From positions 60,328,001 through 60,392,000 of the forward strand of contig NC_058382.1 in assembly GCF_018350175.1 (NCBI RefSeq): a DNA stretch of 64,000 bases, written 5' to 3'. The notes beneath the pieces were generated by a model that saw nothing but the letters and a program-made list of their open reading frames with translations, was not told the origin of the DNA and did no database searches. Positions 50,913-62,345 of this stretch are shown piece by piece. The first letter of the stretch is position 1. Each line of letters starts with the position of its first letter. The translations under genes and the position numbers were made by a program. Source of the stretch: Felis catus (taxonomy: Eukaryota).

Positions 50913-51864
50913 CGTGGCTTTGCACCCACTGGCCTCCCTGCCCTGGGGCCTGGGCCACACTGCCTCACTGCTGGCTCAGGTGGCCCCCGGGGGTGAAATG
51001 GCCCCCCACCCCTCTACCTGGCGGCAGACTGTGTAGGCAGGGCCTCAGGGGCAAGTTTCTCTTCCAATCACGGATGGCCAGTTGGGAAGCTCGGGAAACA
51101 GGGGGATGTAGAGATATAGTTGCAAGCAGGCCTGTGTTACCGCGGGTGGTTTGTGTATATGAACACGGCCCCGGCCGAGTTGTGCATGATACTGTGTGCC
51201 ACACACGTGTCATGTTGCATGACTCGGTGTTAAATGTACGACCGTGGCTGCGTGTGTGCAAACTGCGCACCTGGCCTGTGTGTGCCGTCCTGGGCACCAA
51301 GTTCCCGGCACTGTACTAGGACCACGCCCAGATGGCTGCTGTTCTCACGGACCCCCCTGGCTGGGTCACGGGAGCGCCCTGGGATTGGAGGCTCGAGCTG
51401 CACGCCCAGCAAGGAGGAGGGCTTGAACCCAGACACGCGAATCTAAAGTCCTCTGTCACCCATGTTTGGTCGTCCTGCAGCCCGGGGCCGGCGACCTTCT
51501 GGAACATGTGCCCCCAGCCCCGGGAGGTCGTTGTAGGTCGGTCCCGCCCAGTGGCCCCGGTCGGTCAGAGCACTCGCTGCGTTCAGACGGCCCCCGGCTG
51601 CCCCTCTAGACACGTGTCCCTGAAGGTCACAACCCTGAGCTATCCGAGGTGAGCTCTGCCTCATCTTCCCTGGCTGGTCACCCCCCCTGCGGGTACGTGC
51701 GGCTCCTGGGGGGCTTAGGAGAGGTCAGGCCTGCACCGGGCAGACACCCACGGGGATGCCCTGCACCCCTTCAGCACCTCCACGACCTGCCTTCCACCGC
51801 CACTCGGTCACTTCTCCTTGTAACCCTACTTGTAGCTTGGCCGTCAGCCGTATGTTCACATCCT

Positions 51865-52245
51865 GGTGCTTTGGGTGACTGCCAAGTGACGGAAACACAA
51901 GTCACACAGCGTGAAAGGGACCTACTGCCTGGTGGGACTGAAAATAACTTGGAATGACAAGTGGGCTTCAGGCACTGTTGAATCCAGGTTCCCAGACAGC
52001 GCCTCAGGAGTCAGCCTCTCTTCGTCTCACGGCTCTGCCTTCCTCTGTGTTGACCCCACTCTCGGGAGACCCTCCGGAGGGTGGCGAAAAGGCCCCCACG
52101 GCTCAGGCCCCTGTCCCGCCTGCCACCACCCCAGCAAGAGGTCCCAGGGAAGCCTCTCATTGGTGAAATCTACGCCCACTGTCCACTCCGTCTGTATGAC
52201 CCAGGGACAGATGCAGGGCCCTGGGACGGGTCTGGGTCACGTGGG
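51865..52245 (-). mobile_element. old MLT1K-like LTR
   Basis: tgccaagtgacggaaacac...ggcttcaggcactgttgaatccaggttc...ggctctgccttcctctgtgttgac...gggtctgggtcacgtg. Confidence 0.65.
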
Positions 52246-52514
52246 CTAACCTTTCTTTCCTTCTCCCCCAGTCTTCGGCCCTTTGTCCTGTGGGTCTGCT
52301 GGCTCCCTCCCAGCTACTGGGGAAGATCAGGCTAAAGAAGGAGGGATATTGAGCTGGAAAGTTTCAGGATTTTCCCATAGGTCTGGGAGCGCCAGGCTGT
52401 GCACCTTCCTACGTTCGTGATCTTTGCCCAGCAAATAAATACGAATCCAAACATTTATGTAAGTATTATGTACGTATATGTGAGATAGAGGAGAGTGGTG
52501 GGTAGTTATGTAGG

Positions 52515-52680
52515 TAGTCAGTGAAGGGATAGAGACAGAGATAATAGAGTGATAGGTGATAGGTCGATAGATGATTGATTGATAGATGATTGATTGATAG
52601 ATCAGTAGATGATAGGTCAATACACAGATAGAGATATAAATGGATATAAACATAGCTAGATAGATGATAGATGGATAGAT
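52515..52680 (+). repeat. degenerate (GATA)n repeat
   Basis: gatag/gattga units. Confidence 0.8.
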
Positions 52681-53547
52681 TCTCCCCTGCAAGATTTCTT
52701 TTGGACATTTGAATCGAGGTCTCAGTGGCCACAAACGTTGGCATTCCCAGCCTGGGATGACCTCGGGCCCCTCCTGTCCCAGACGGGCTGGGCCTGGGTG
52801 TGTGGGAGTGACGGCAGACAGGAACCCAGCCTCCAGCCTGCCGCTGGGGCCAGACCCTGAGGCACAGGTCAGGCACCTCTGTTGCCGTGCAGGGCCACGC
52901 GTGGGAGAGGGTGCCGCCCCACCAGGCTGGCAGTGCAAGGCCTCGTCGGCATGCTGGACAGAGCCCGGTCAGAGAAGACAAAACAAAATGCTCAGAAAAT
53001 GCTCTCTATGGGCAAATAAAGAAAATGCCGGAAGAAGCGATCCGTCCGCTTCCCCGGCTGGGGCCTTTGATCCCAGCCCCCTGGCCGTGCAGTCGGAAGG
53101 ATCCCTCTGTGCCGTCTGCCTCTTCACGGTGACTGGCGGGGGGCCTGGGGGTCCGGTCTTCCCGCCCCTCACGTCCCATGCTGGCCCCGCACGCAGGGCA
53201 CGGACGCGAAGTCCGGGGAGCTGTGGGGCAGGAGTGCGGCCGGCACCCCAGGAGGGAGACAGGACTTCCAGGCAGGAACTTAGATCTCACTCAGCCCGAG
53301 CATCTAGGGTGGGACCTGTGACCAGGTGGCCAGATCAGATCCACATCCCTTCCCTCCAGCAGAGGGGCCATTTTCATGGGTCTGGGGACAAAGCAGGTGA
53401 TGGCATTGCAGCCAGTGGTCCCCGGGCAGCGCTCACCGTGCTGACGGCCTGACCCGTGCCGTCTCATTTAGTGAGCAGCCACCCCATGGGGCTATGTTAT
53501 CCCCGTTAACAGATGAGGACACTAGAGCCGAGGGCCCCCGAGTACCA

Positions 53548-53900
53548 CAGCTGTCTACTGCTGTGTAACAAACAGCCCCAAGCCCCGAGTCTTCAGACGA
53601 CAATGTATCACTTCATGGCTCCGCAGGCTGGTGGCGGTGCTGCTGCTGGCCCTGCCCAGGCCACTTACGGGCTGCATTTGGTTGGCACGTGGGCATGTGA
53701 CCCTCAAGTTTGAGCAGAGGCCAGCTGGGCCGCTCCGAGAGCACCCCAGGCAGCCAGCCCTCTCTCCCAGGTGTGCCTGCTTTGGAGACCCTCCAAGCCC
53801 AGCAGCCTCCTCAGAGGGATCAGTCTCTCCAGACCAACCCAGCTGTGAGAACAGCGGCAGAGACAGGAGGCCTTGGGCGGGCTCAGCCATGCGCTAGCTG
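53548..53900 (-). mobile_element. old MLT1 (H/I-like) LTR fragment
   Basis: agctgtctactgctgtgtaacaaacagccccaa...gacaatgtatcacttcatggctc. Confidence 0.55.
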
Positions 53901-54587
53901 GTGGCCATAGCGTGGGACCTCTAGTCCGAGACTCAGGACACGGGATTGCACCCCGCTCCATCCGTGCCTCTTGGTGTCCTAGGCAGGTCGCTTTGCCTGT
54001 TTGGGACATCGGCAGTCAGCTCTGTTATCAGGGTAGCATGGGAGTGTCTTCAAGGACCCTGGTACATTCGAGCAGGCCCAGAGAGGGCAACCAGGGATGG
54101 CACAGGGGATAGGAAGGGGCCGAGAGACAGCAGGCCACTGTCCCCTTCTAGGGGATGCAGGAGCATCTACTCCAGGGGAAGGACAGGCCACGTCATGGGT
54201 CAAGTCTGGCTCCCCAACCCCTACCCTCAGCTCTGGCCTACAAGGCCCGGAGATCCTCCGCAGGCTCAAGCAGAAAGGGGTCATCCAGACTCCAGATGGC
54301 CACATAAGGTCCCTCCTCCCACAGGAACCCAGGCTGAGCAGGAGTGAGCCTATGGGAGGGGACAGCTTGTCCCTTCTCCCAGCCATGGGACAGAGGCTGT
54401 TGGTGGTAGTTCTATGGGCACCCAGGCCACCCAGCTCCAGTCATGTCAGGTTTTCTTTCAGGGTATTAAGGGTTACATGATGGGGCACTTGCTTACTCCC
54501 AAGATTTTGCTCCATCAGCCCTGCAGTGAGCCAAGGCTAAAGTCCAACACTTGAGACCACAGACCTGAATTCTAGTCCTGACAATGA

Positions 54588-55134
54588 ATAGATGGCTGAG
54601 TAGGTGAGTGAGGTGGGAAGGCAGATGAATGGGTGGATGGATGGATGGATGGATGGATGGATGGATGATAAATGGGTGTGTGGGTGGATGGATGGAAGTA
54701 TAGGTGGATGGATGGGTAGATGGATATGTGGAAGGATGGATGGATGGATGGATGGATGGATGGATGGATGGATAGATGGATGGGTACGTGGATGGATGGA
54801 TTGTGGAAGGATGGATGGAAAGATGGATGGATAGATAGGTGGGTGGATGGATGGATGGATGGATGGATGGATGGATGGTTGGATGGATGGGTGGTGGATG
54901 GGGGCATGGATGGATGGATGGATGGATGGTTGGATGGATAGATGGATGGGTACGTGGATGGATGGATTGTGGAAGGATGGATGGAAAGATGGACAGATGG
55001 ATGGATAGATAGGTGGATGGATAGATGGATGGATGGATGGATGGATGGATGGATGGATGGATGGATTGATGGATGGATAGGTAGATGGATTGGTGGATGG
55101 TGGGTAGATGGATATGTGGAAGGATGGATGGATG
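54588..55134 (+). repeat. (TGGA)n tetranucleotide array, about 550 bp
   Basis: long ggat runs with interruptions. Confidence 0.97.
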
Positions 55135-56685
55135 ACTGTGTTTTCCAGGCATTGTGAACCTGCCAAACTAGGCCCTGTCCCCCAGGAGCTTCCCATCTTA
55201 CACAGGAAGCCAATTAATCCAGGTGAACAGGTGGATGGAGGTCATGAACAGGCACTGCACTTGTTGCTGGATGATGAAGTCACAGAAATGTGATGAGGGA
55301 AGATGACAAGGAGACAGTCTAGGGACACTGCAGTGGGAAGAGGACGCTCCGTGGGTGTGTCAAGTCTGAGGGCGCTCTGGAGACAGAGGTTGTACATCCC
55401 AAGAGAACCTCAGTTTCCCCTGAGCCAACACCTGTGTCCCAGGCCTCCACGTTACCCACTTTCCTGGGGCCTCACGATGACTGCTCTCCTGGGGGTACAG
55501 AGAGGGGCCAGGCTCTGTGCATCCCCACTTGTCTTCCTCACCCAGTTCATCCCCCGGTCAGGAAACAAGCCGGGGAGGGTGGCTGGGGCTAACCCAGGGT
55601 CATGCAGCCAGTCAGGCTTTCCGGGGGTCTCTGCTGACTCTCATCCGACCGGCCTGCGCAGAACAGAAAGACCCCATAAAAAGGCCAGTCAGCCCTAGCA
55701 AGATAAAACTCTAAATGCCAACACCCAGCCGCACATACCAGAGGTCAAATATGTGGGAGATGTGTATAGATCAGGACACTTTCAACTTTTACAAGGTCCA
55801 GACCCTGGGAGGGGGAGGAGGAGAGCAGTGCAGAGCCCAGGACCCCAAGTCCCAAGGCCGGGGCGGTGGCGCGAGCGGGTGCGCCCATTCAGCGTGGCGA
55901 CCACGTGTCCCAGTTTGCCAGACTTGCCCCTGCTGTCCTGCAACCCTAGGTGTTTCTTTTCTCGACACAGGAGCCCTCGTAGTTGTGCAGACCGCTGTGA
56001 GTGGGTTTGGCAGCCCCGCCCCCATTCTTATTCCGGCTGCATTTTTCAAAGCGAATCCCAGATGCCAGATCACTTTGCCTGTAAAGACTTCAAGAAAAGT
56101 AGTTGGCCCTTGGGGACAAACCGGTGGTCAGCAGTTGGGTGTTTCAAAGAGTGTATTAATGCGTTACCGGTGTGAATGAGTCGTTGGCTTTTTTCATTTA
56201 AACTAGAGTGAATTTGAGGCCTTCCCTGTGGCCATATCCCTTTTCAGCCACATTCTGCGAGGCCCTCTTGGCACGGAGAGGAAGGGACGGCGTCATAGCT
56301 GAGCTCCTGGAAGCGGTAGTCCCTGGAGTGCGGACGTCAACCATGCCAGATCCCTCAGGAAGACCCGGAGGCCTTAGAACAATCTGGAAACCTCTGGTGC
56401 AGAATGGTTGCTTCGAGGCCCACAGCAGGCACGGGGTTCATGCCACGGGCACAAATGAACGTGCTCACAGGTGGTCTGTCCATGCGGCCGGGTGGGGGAC
56501 AGAGGGGAGCCGCGGGCAGGAAGCATGGACCCCTGGGAGAGAGGTGAGTCCAAGCGACTACATGAGGAGAAAGGTAAAAAGCAAGTCACAGGGCAGGGCA
56601 GGCCCCTCAGGACAGCCAGTGGCCGGCCCATGACAAGACCAATGCCCAACAAAGTCACCTGTGGGCCCCCACGTGAGGCTCTATG

Positions 56686-56978
56686 GGTGAGGACACTTTC
56701 CAGCCACAGAAGAATAGAACGTAACTCAAAATAGGTTAAGCAAAGAGGAGACCGTTAGCTCACAAAACTGGGCTCCACGGGGCGTGCTTCAGGCATAGCC
56801 GGATCCAGATGTTCAAATAGTGGCATCAGCGTCCAGTCTAATGGAAAGGGAAGGGTTAGCCCCACCAGAACCACGTGGACAGAGTGGAGAGGAGGGTGGC
56901 TCCCCAAAGGAAACCCAAGGTACCGTTGCCAGAAACAGGAAGATGGGTGCTGGGCAGGCAAGAAACAGATGTCCCCAC
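56686..56978 (-). mobile_element. old MLT1K/L-like LTR, internally deleted
   Basis: aactcaaaataggttaagcaaagagg...gcttcaggcatagccggatccagatgttcaaat...ccccaaaggaaacccaagg...tgctgggcaggcaagaaacagatgtcc. Confidence 0.7.
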
Positions 56979-57677
56979 CGAGGGAACTTCTGCGGCTGCA
57001 AGGATGGCCCGGGGGTAGAAATGGGGCGAAGCAAGAAGATTCCAGCCCTGAACCTCGGGACACAGCCACGTGCAGGATGGGGATCGCGAGCTGGCAGCTC
57101 CCGGGTCAAATCCACCCAGCGTGTGTGTTTGGCTCGGCCACGGGCTGTTTTAAAATCACAGAAGTCCACGGGAATACCCACACTTCTGCTGGGGACCTGA
57201 GAGAGATGTCCCTGCTGGGGCTGCGATGCCACCGGGACACGGTGGGTGGGGCGGAGCAGCCGAGGCCCCCAGGAAAAGGGCGTGAACACCCCCTACAGCC
57301 ACTCAGCTCCTGCCTCGATCGTTCCCGCCCGGCCCCTCGTGGCCCGCAGGGCACTGTGGCGGGGCGAGGCTGGGCGCAGGTCCCCTGCACGGCTGGCACC
57401 GCTAAGACCCTGCGGAGCAGCGTCTAGGTGGGTCCTGCCGGCCCCGCGGGTTCAGAGGCCCCCGAGGAAGTGCAGGCGAGGTTGGGAGTCTCCCGCAGTC
57501 AAGACCAGCCCCTCCCAGCCGCCCCCGTGGGGTCACTGCCGGCCCAGCAAGTCCTGCCCGGCCCACCCAGGGGCCGAGGCCAGAAGTGCCCTCAGCCCTG
57601 CAGCTCTTGGCCCCAGAGGTGGAAAAGCCCCTGCAGTTCAGCGACAGCAAGCTGGCTTCCGCATCCCTCCGCCCCCC

Positions 57678-57680
<3 letters not shown>

Positions 57681-57738
<58 letters not shown>
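57681..57738 (+). repeat. (AC)29 microsatellite
   Basis: perfect dinucleotide run. Confidence 0.98.
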
Positions 57739-57740
<2 letters not shown>

Positions 57741-57869
57741 GAGTGTCTTGGCAGCTGGCTAGCGCTAACGTGGCTCCATTGCTTTGGGGGACTTTGAAGG
57801 AAACTAATTAAAAGCAGCTGAGATGTGAAAAGCTGGAAGGTGGCAGGAGCCAGGGACAACTTTCCACAG

Positions 57870-58770
57870 GGCTCCGGAGCGAGCGCCTAGCGGCCGCCAC
57901 CCCCGCCATGAGCCACCGCGTCCAGCCAGGCCTCCGCGGGCCGAGGGGCGGGAGCGAGCGCGTGGCCGTGGCCGTGGGGACTGGCCGGCAGGCGGGCGGG
58001 CGGCGGGGCTTGCCGGCCGGTGCTGGGGGCGGGGGTCACTTGCTGTGGCTCCTAGAGTGGCCGTCCCCCAAGCCTGGTGCCCTGGACAGCCGCCCTCGGC
58101 CAGGGTCCGGGGAGGGGGCTTCGTGATCCAGGACAGCGAGGGCGGCAGGAAACCCGCGCTCAGGTTCTTCCGTTGGGAAAGCGGCCCCCGCTGGGTCAGA
58201 AAGCCGAACGCCGACCTTTGGGGGGCAAGGGGAGGCGCCGTGCCGTCTGGAAGCTTCCGGACCCTCCTGTGTGCCGCGGCCTTTATCGCGTGGGCTGTTG
58301 CTCCGCTAACGCCTGGTGTGCCACCGTGACCAACCGAGTCCCATCTGTGCCATTGACGGGGGTGCCCGGTTGCTTTTATTTCCGACCAAGTTCTTACTTA
58401 AAAATGAGTGTAAAATTTTATCTGGGGGAAAACGACCAAGATGTGCCTACAACACGGGAGGTGGCGGCGTCTGCCCGCCAGCCCCTCCAGACACCCCCCG
58501 AGGCCAGCCCGCGGGCGGCGCTGGGCCGTGCTCTCCCGCGGGACCGCAGCTGGGCCCGGAGCCCCGGCGCCGGCAGCCGGAAGCGGCAGGTGGGCGCGGC
58601 GCGGAGGCCGCGGGGGCTTGGCTGGCCCGGCGCTACCTTGGGCCTCGTGTTCACCGCGGGCGCTTGCGCCCCATCCGCGGGGCGGCCACGCCCGGAGACC
58701 GCCGGTGCGCGGGTCTGTGCCGGGAGCAGGGTGTCGCGGCCGTGGGCGGTGGTCTCTGCTCGGCGGCACA
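57870..58770. promoter_or_regulatory. second CpG island / possible alternative promoter
   Basis: repeat-free CpG-dense region with GC boxes (ggggcggg); candidate donor CAG|GTATCT just downstream at 58890/58891. Confidence 0.6.
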
Positions 58771-59204
58771 CAAAGGAGGGGCACGGGGTGGCAGTTACGC
58801 CCTTGTCCTCACTGCCGCCCCCTCCCAGTGTTCCCGGTGCTGCATGAATTTGTGTCCTTGCCGGTCATCGTTGCACAGAGGACCCACCAGGTATCTGGCC
58901 CTGAGCGAGGTACTTGACGTGCGGTATCTCCTTTAACCGCCACCCTGCCGCCGTCGTCCCCAATGTGTGCAAGGGGTCCCTGAGGTGTGGACAGAAGTGT
59001 CATTTGCCCGCATGCCTGGATTCCACACTTAAACCTGAAGTACTCCATATGCTTTGAGAATGTTCCCAGCCCATCCCCAGCCCCACCTAGAGACCCCAGA
59101 TCTGAAAGGAGCCAGAGGCGGTGGTGGCGTCACCATCCCCGAGCTCAGAGCCCAGGGTTGTGCACGGTGACAGGACGTCATCGGTGATAGGACAGAGGGA
59201 CCAC

Positions 59205-59458
59205 CACGTGCACATACACAGCCTGAGCGTGCACACGCACGCCAGTCTCCCACGTGCGTGCGCATGCACACGCATACACACGTGCACGCACACGCGCACC
59301 CACACACCCAGGCGCGCGCACGCGCACACACAGGCGCATCCGCACACAGATGCACACGCACACACGCGCGCGCGCCCCCACACACGCGCGTGCATGCACA
59401 CAGGCGCAGGCACACCCACACACACGCGCACGTACAGACGCGTGCGCGCGCACACACA
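59205..59458. repeat. alternating purine-pyrimidine (CA/CG/TG) tract
   Basis: cacgtgcgtgcgcatgcacacgcatacacacgtgcacgcacacgcgc... Confidence 0.9.
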
Positions 59459-59501
59459 AACCGCCCTGACTCCGGCCTCCCTCGCAGGAACCGTGTAACG
59501 G

Positions 59502-59515
59502 GCGCCACCTGCTGG
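59502..59515 (-). promoter_or_regulatory. CTCF core motif
   Basis: reverse complement CCAGCAGGTGGCGC matches CCASYAGRKGGCRS at all positions. Confidence 0.65.
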
Positions 59516-59814
59516 ACAGTTGAGGGGACAGGAGTCCTGCAGCCGCGGGGCCCCCACAGCCTGGCTGAGACCCCAGGTCCCCCCTCTCCCCCCCCCCCCG
59601 GAGAACCTGCTCAGCCGAGGCCCCGCCATGCCAGCCAGAGTCCCGGGTGTGGGCAGGGCTGGGGGACATTTCTTCTGATGGGAAAAAGGAGTCCCAGAGA
59701 GAGGTTTCTATAGCAGCGCCTTTTAAATATCTAAATCCCTGCCTTGTTTCTAGGCCTGTGGTGCACGCGGAGGGCAGTAGGAAATGGATTGTTATCAAAA
59801 CGATAGTAGGGAAA

Positions 59815-60000
59815 TAATAGCTAACATTCGCTGGAGTATATCGCGAGCTAAATGCTTTACATACGCCGTGTGATGTGGCCCTGTGGACCCCATGAGGTGA
59901 CCATCAGACCCGTTTACAGGTGGGCAGACGAGGCTCAGAGAGGCCCAGTCAGCTGCCTGAGGTCACACAGCCAGGAAATGGTGGCGCCTGGACTTTGAGA
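59815..60000 (-). mobile_element. MIR
   Basis: taatagctaacatt...gctaaatgctttaca...tttacaggtgggcagacgaggctcagagagg...cctgaggtcacacagccagg. Confidence 0.85.
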
Positions 60001-61559
60001 CGGGCAGACTGGCCCGTGGCCCCCAGCAGGTGAGCGGGGCCAGGACCCCTCTCTCCGGGTTGACCTGCCTCACGTGGTTCACGCCACCCTGCCCCTGCTG
60101 ACAGGGAGGGGCAGGGCAGAGTCTGACTTTCTAGCGTGTGGAGTGGGGTTCACTCCTGCTGTCCCGGAAGAGAGGGGACCCTGGGGACACAATGCAGGGG
60201 GAAGGGAGAGTGGACGAGCACATCACCTCCGCTTCCTCTCCGTCTGGCTGGCGCCCCTCCTGCAGCCCCAACGGGCCCTGATGCTCCCATCCCAGAGCAG
60301 CAGGATGTGCGGGCTTGGCTCCGGGCAGCGTCACCCCAAAGTCGGGGTCACCCTCGGCTGGGGCCGAGACGCCCGGAGGGTCACCGGCCTGCAGAAAGCT
60401 GTGCCCCGCCCCGTCCTTCCCTACCTGACGCTGTCCCCACTCGAAAGCCTGTAATAATCTAGGTCTCTAGAGGTCCCAGGGGCCCGCAGCGGTCTGGGAT
60501 CGCAGGACCTCGTGGGGCAGGTCCCCATGCCCACAGCCCCACGAGCACCCCACTTGATTCAGGGGGGGCCTGGGCTGGGTGACTTGAGCCACATGCGCCT
60601 CTCAGGCTAGTGGCAGTGCTGAGTGGGCCCCATCCTTGCAAAGACCCTCTCTGGCCCCCAGCTGGTCCCCTCTCTCCTCACCTCCACCTCAAAGGCCAGA
60701 GCGCGGGGTGCCTGTGCCCACACCCCACACGCCGTCAAAGGAAATCACGGTCCCAGTGCCTGTTTCAGCCTCTGGCAAAACGTCCCGCTTTCCTCCTCCT
60801 CTGCCTCTGACAGCAGAGCAGCAGAGAGCAGGGAGGGAGGACCCGGCAGGGCCTCGGCCCGTGCACCCTCTGCGGTCAGAGTCAGGCCTTGTCTGGGATG
60901 AGTGCATATCGCGTCATGTAGCCGTGCCCCTGCGGGCCGCCGGCTCCTCTGCTGCTGGGGACGGGGCTGGGCGGGGCCTGTGAAGGCCACACCACGGGCC
61001 ATGCAGCCAGAACCCCCAGCGAGTGGCTCCTACCCAAGGAGGTCCCCCCCGCCGCTGCCCTGGGCTCAGGTCGGTGTGCAGAGAAAGGAGATCCCCCCCC
61101 CACTATGACCGTCTCCTCACTTGCAAAGCAGGGATGATGTCAGTGTCAGGGCCTCAGGGGACACCACAGAGCCAGCCGAGAAATGGTGGGACACAGCTCT
61201 GTGCTTCCCTCGGCAACGCTGGCAAACAGGGTGGGGGTCCCGAGACCGTGGAGTGGCGGTCACATGAGCGCAGGCCCTAGCTATCTGGGGGCAGGGCTCC
61301 TGGCAGAGGGAAGGGCCAGGCAGGTGTGTGGGCATGAGGGTCCCTGGGGGGGGGGGGGGGGGAGGGTCCCTGCTGCCATCTGTGTCTGCGAGGCTGGCTC
61401 TGGCGGCTGGGTGGCCAACAGGATGGGGGAGGAGCAGGTGCACGAGCAGGCGGGGCTGGCGGTTGGGGTGTGGGGGGGATGGGGTTGGCAGGAGTGAGTC
61501 CCAGGATTTAGGCCAGAGCAGGGCTGGGGAATAGCGGGCCATGTGTGGAGGAGCGGGTG

Positions 61560-61690
61560 GGGCCACCCCCTGAGAGGTGCCAAGGAGGGTCCTTCCCACC
61601 TCTTCCAGCTCCTGGGGACTCCGGTGTCCCTTGGCTGCGGCCACATGGCTCCATCCCTGTGTCTGTCTTCCCATGGAGGGGCCCGCTTAG
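61560..61690 (-). mobile_element. MLT1 fragment
   Basis: ggagggtccttcccacctcttccagctcctgggg...cccttggctgcggccacatggctccatccctgtgtctgtcttcccatgg. Confidence 0.65.
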
Positions 61691-62204
61691 GTGGCCCAGC
61701 ACACCCTCCCAGACCTCCCTAAGCTCGTCTCCACAGCCCCCTGTGTGACATAAGCCCCCTGAGCCCTGCTGTGGAGGGACCCACAAGCCCCTGTGCCAGC
61801 GAAGGATCTTCCCTCTGCGGTGGGGCTCCTGGAAATCCTGAGAACTTCCCAGGGCACAGCCTCTCTCGCCAGCCGTGGGCTCAGGAGAGCTGTGTTCTGG
61901 AGGCCTGATTGCCCTAAATTGGACCCACTGGGATATCAGCCCTGTGCGGTGGCACCTGCGTCCCCATCCAGAGTCACGTCCCAGCTCCTGGCAGGGAGCC
62001 CGGAGCATCAGAGGTGCTTGGCTGGAATTCGCGAAGGGAATGAGGGAGGGAGGGAATGAACGAACGAGTCAGTCGGTCAGTGAGCTGAGGGAGTGCCTGC
62101 AGGAGGCAGGGAGTGAGCGGGAGGGTGGGTGAGGGCTCCCGGGGCGGGGACAGCCTGGAGTGTGAACTGCCCACAAAAAGGTCACAGGGGACCAACCGCA
62201 GGCT

Positions 62205-62345
62205 CAATTTCAGCCCCCGCAGTTTCAGTTCAAACGGTATTTTGTTTTATGTGAATTTGTAGTCCAAGTTTGAAAATGGGCAGACTTCACCCTAACGCCT
62301 GGATTTCTGGCTTTTCCAGAAACGGCCGAGAAGCCCGGGTTTCCC
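62205..62345 (-). mobile_element. MER102/MER113-like hAT DNA transposon fragment
   Basis: tttgaaaatgggcagacttcaccctaacgcctggatttctggcttttccagaaa. Confidence 0.5.

Noticed and set aside
49691..51319. Collagen- or mucin-like periodic ORFs (PPCSPV, GHRGAG)
   Set aside because: Products of the ~21 bp minisatellite read in several frames on both strands.
54097..55213. Protein-like ORF segment (GPEILRRLKQKGVIQTPDGHIR) and IHPS-repeat ORFs
   Set aside because: No recognised homology or splice context for the first; the others are (TCCA)n translations.
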